DNA of 63,197 nt, counting the filler, from Octopus bimaculoides (Eukaryota): the NCBI RefSeq assembly GCF_001194135.2. It is 4 parts of 4 records of this genome, joined end to end, with 100 filler letters (N's around TTAATTAATTAA, not from the genome) between each part and the next. Parts side by side here need not be neighbours in the genome. Positions count along the whole stretch, not along the records: positions 57,376 to 63,197 come from NC_068988.1; 3 more parts are not named here. One strand, given 5' to 3'. Made by a program: the position numbers and the translations under genes. The notes below the pieces were generated by a model. That model saw nothing but the letters and a program-made list of their open reading frames with translations. It did no database searches and was not told the origin of the DNA. Below are positions 63,047 to 63,197 of the stretch, piece by piece (position 1 is the stretch's first letter; every line of letters starts with the position of its first letter).

Positions 63047-63197
63047 GGTCGCATAAACAAAGAGGTGTGGGTTAGTGTCCCACTCGTACAGGAAGACCTA
63101 CTTTTCTTCTGTCGAGGGCTTATATCCCCTAATTTTAGACTATTTTCTCTATCATTGGGCGGCGATCCCAATAAGCCTTAAGCTTATAAAATACTAT

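Overview
AT-rich, microsatellite-dense, gapped eukaryotic genomic DNA. The repeat families and gene content point to an octopus (inference). The window holds four assembly blocks joined by artificial 100-bp linkers (N44-TTAATTAATTAA-N44 at 27147, 51747 and 57276). The ORF track misses both real genes because they are spliced. Gene 1 is a minus-strand secreted S1A (trypsin/chymotrypsin-fold) serine protease at 269-9102. Six coding exons are visible with compatible splice phases, including a 16-nt microexon, and all three catalytic motifs (TAAHC, NDVAIL, GDSGGP) are present. One exon is missing and probably lies in the 950-1839 gap. Gene 2 is the last two coding exons of an Lhx2/9 (apterous) LIM-homeobox gene on the minus strand at 31511-32799; I found no LIM-domain exons in the ~30 kb upstream. 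The rest is tRNA-derived SINEs (four families), decayed transposons (mariner/Tc1, a maT-like element with TIRs, a Charlie-type hAT, Tx1, CR1 and R4/Dong-like LINEs, Penelope-like ends) and simple repeats. The most interesting extras are: an apparently intact type I hammerhead ribozyme at 21698-21783 (-) plus three weaker relatives; five long fold-back hairpins; a SINE insertion duplicated together with its flank 20 kb away in inverted orientation; and a 5.4-kb block whose SINEs have systematically lost CpGs. All alignments and folds were done by eye.
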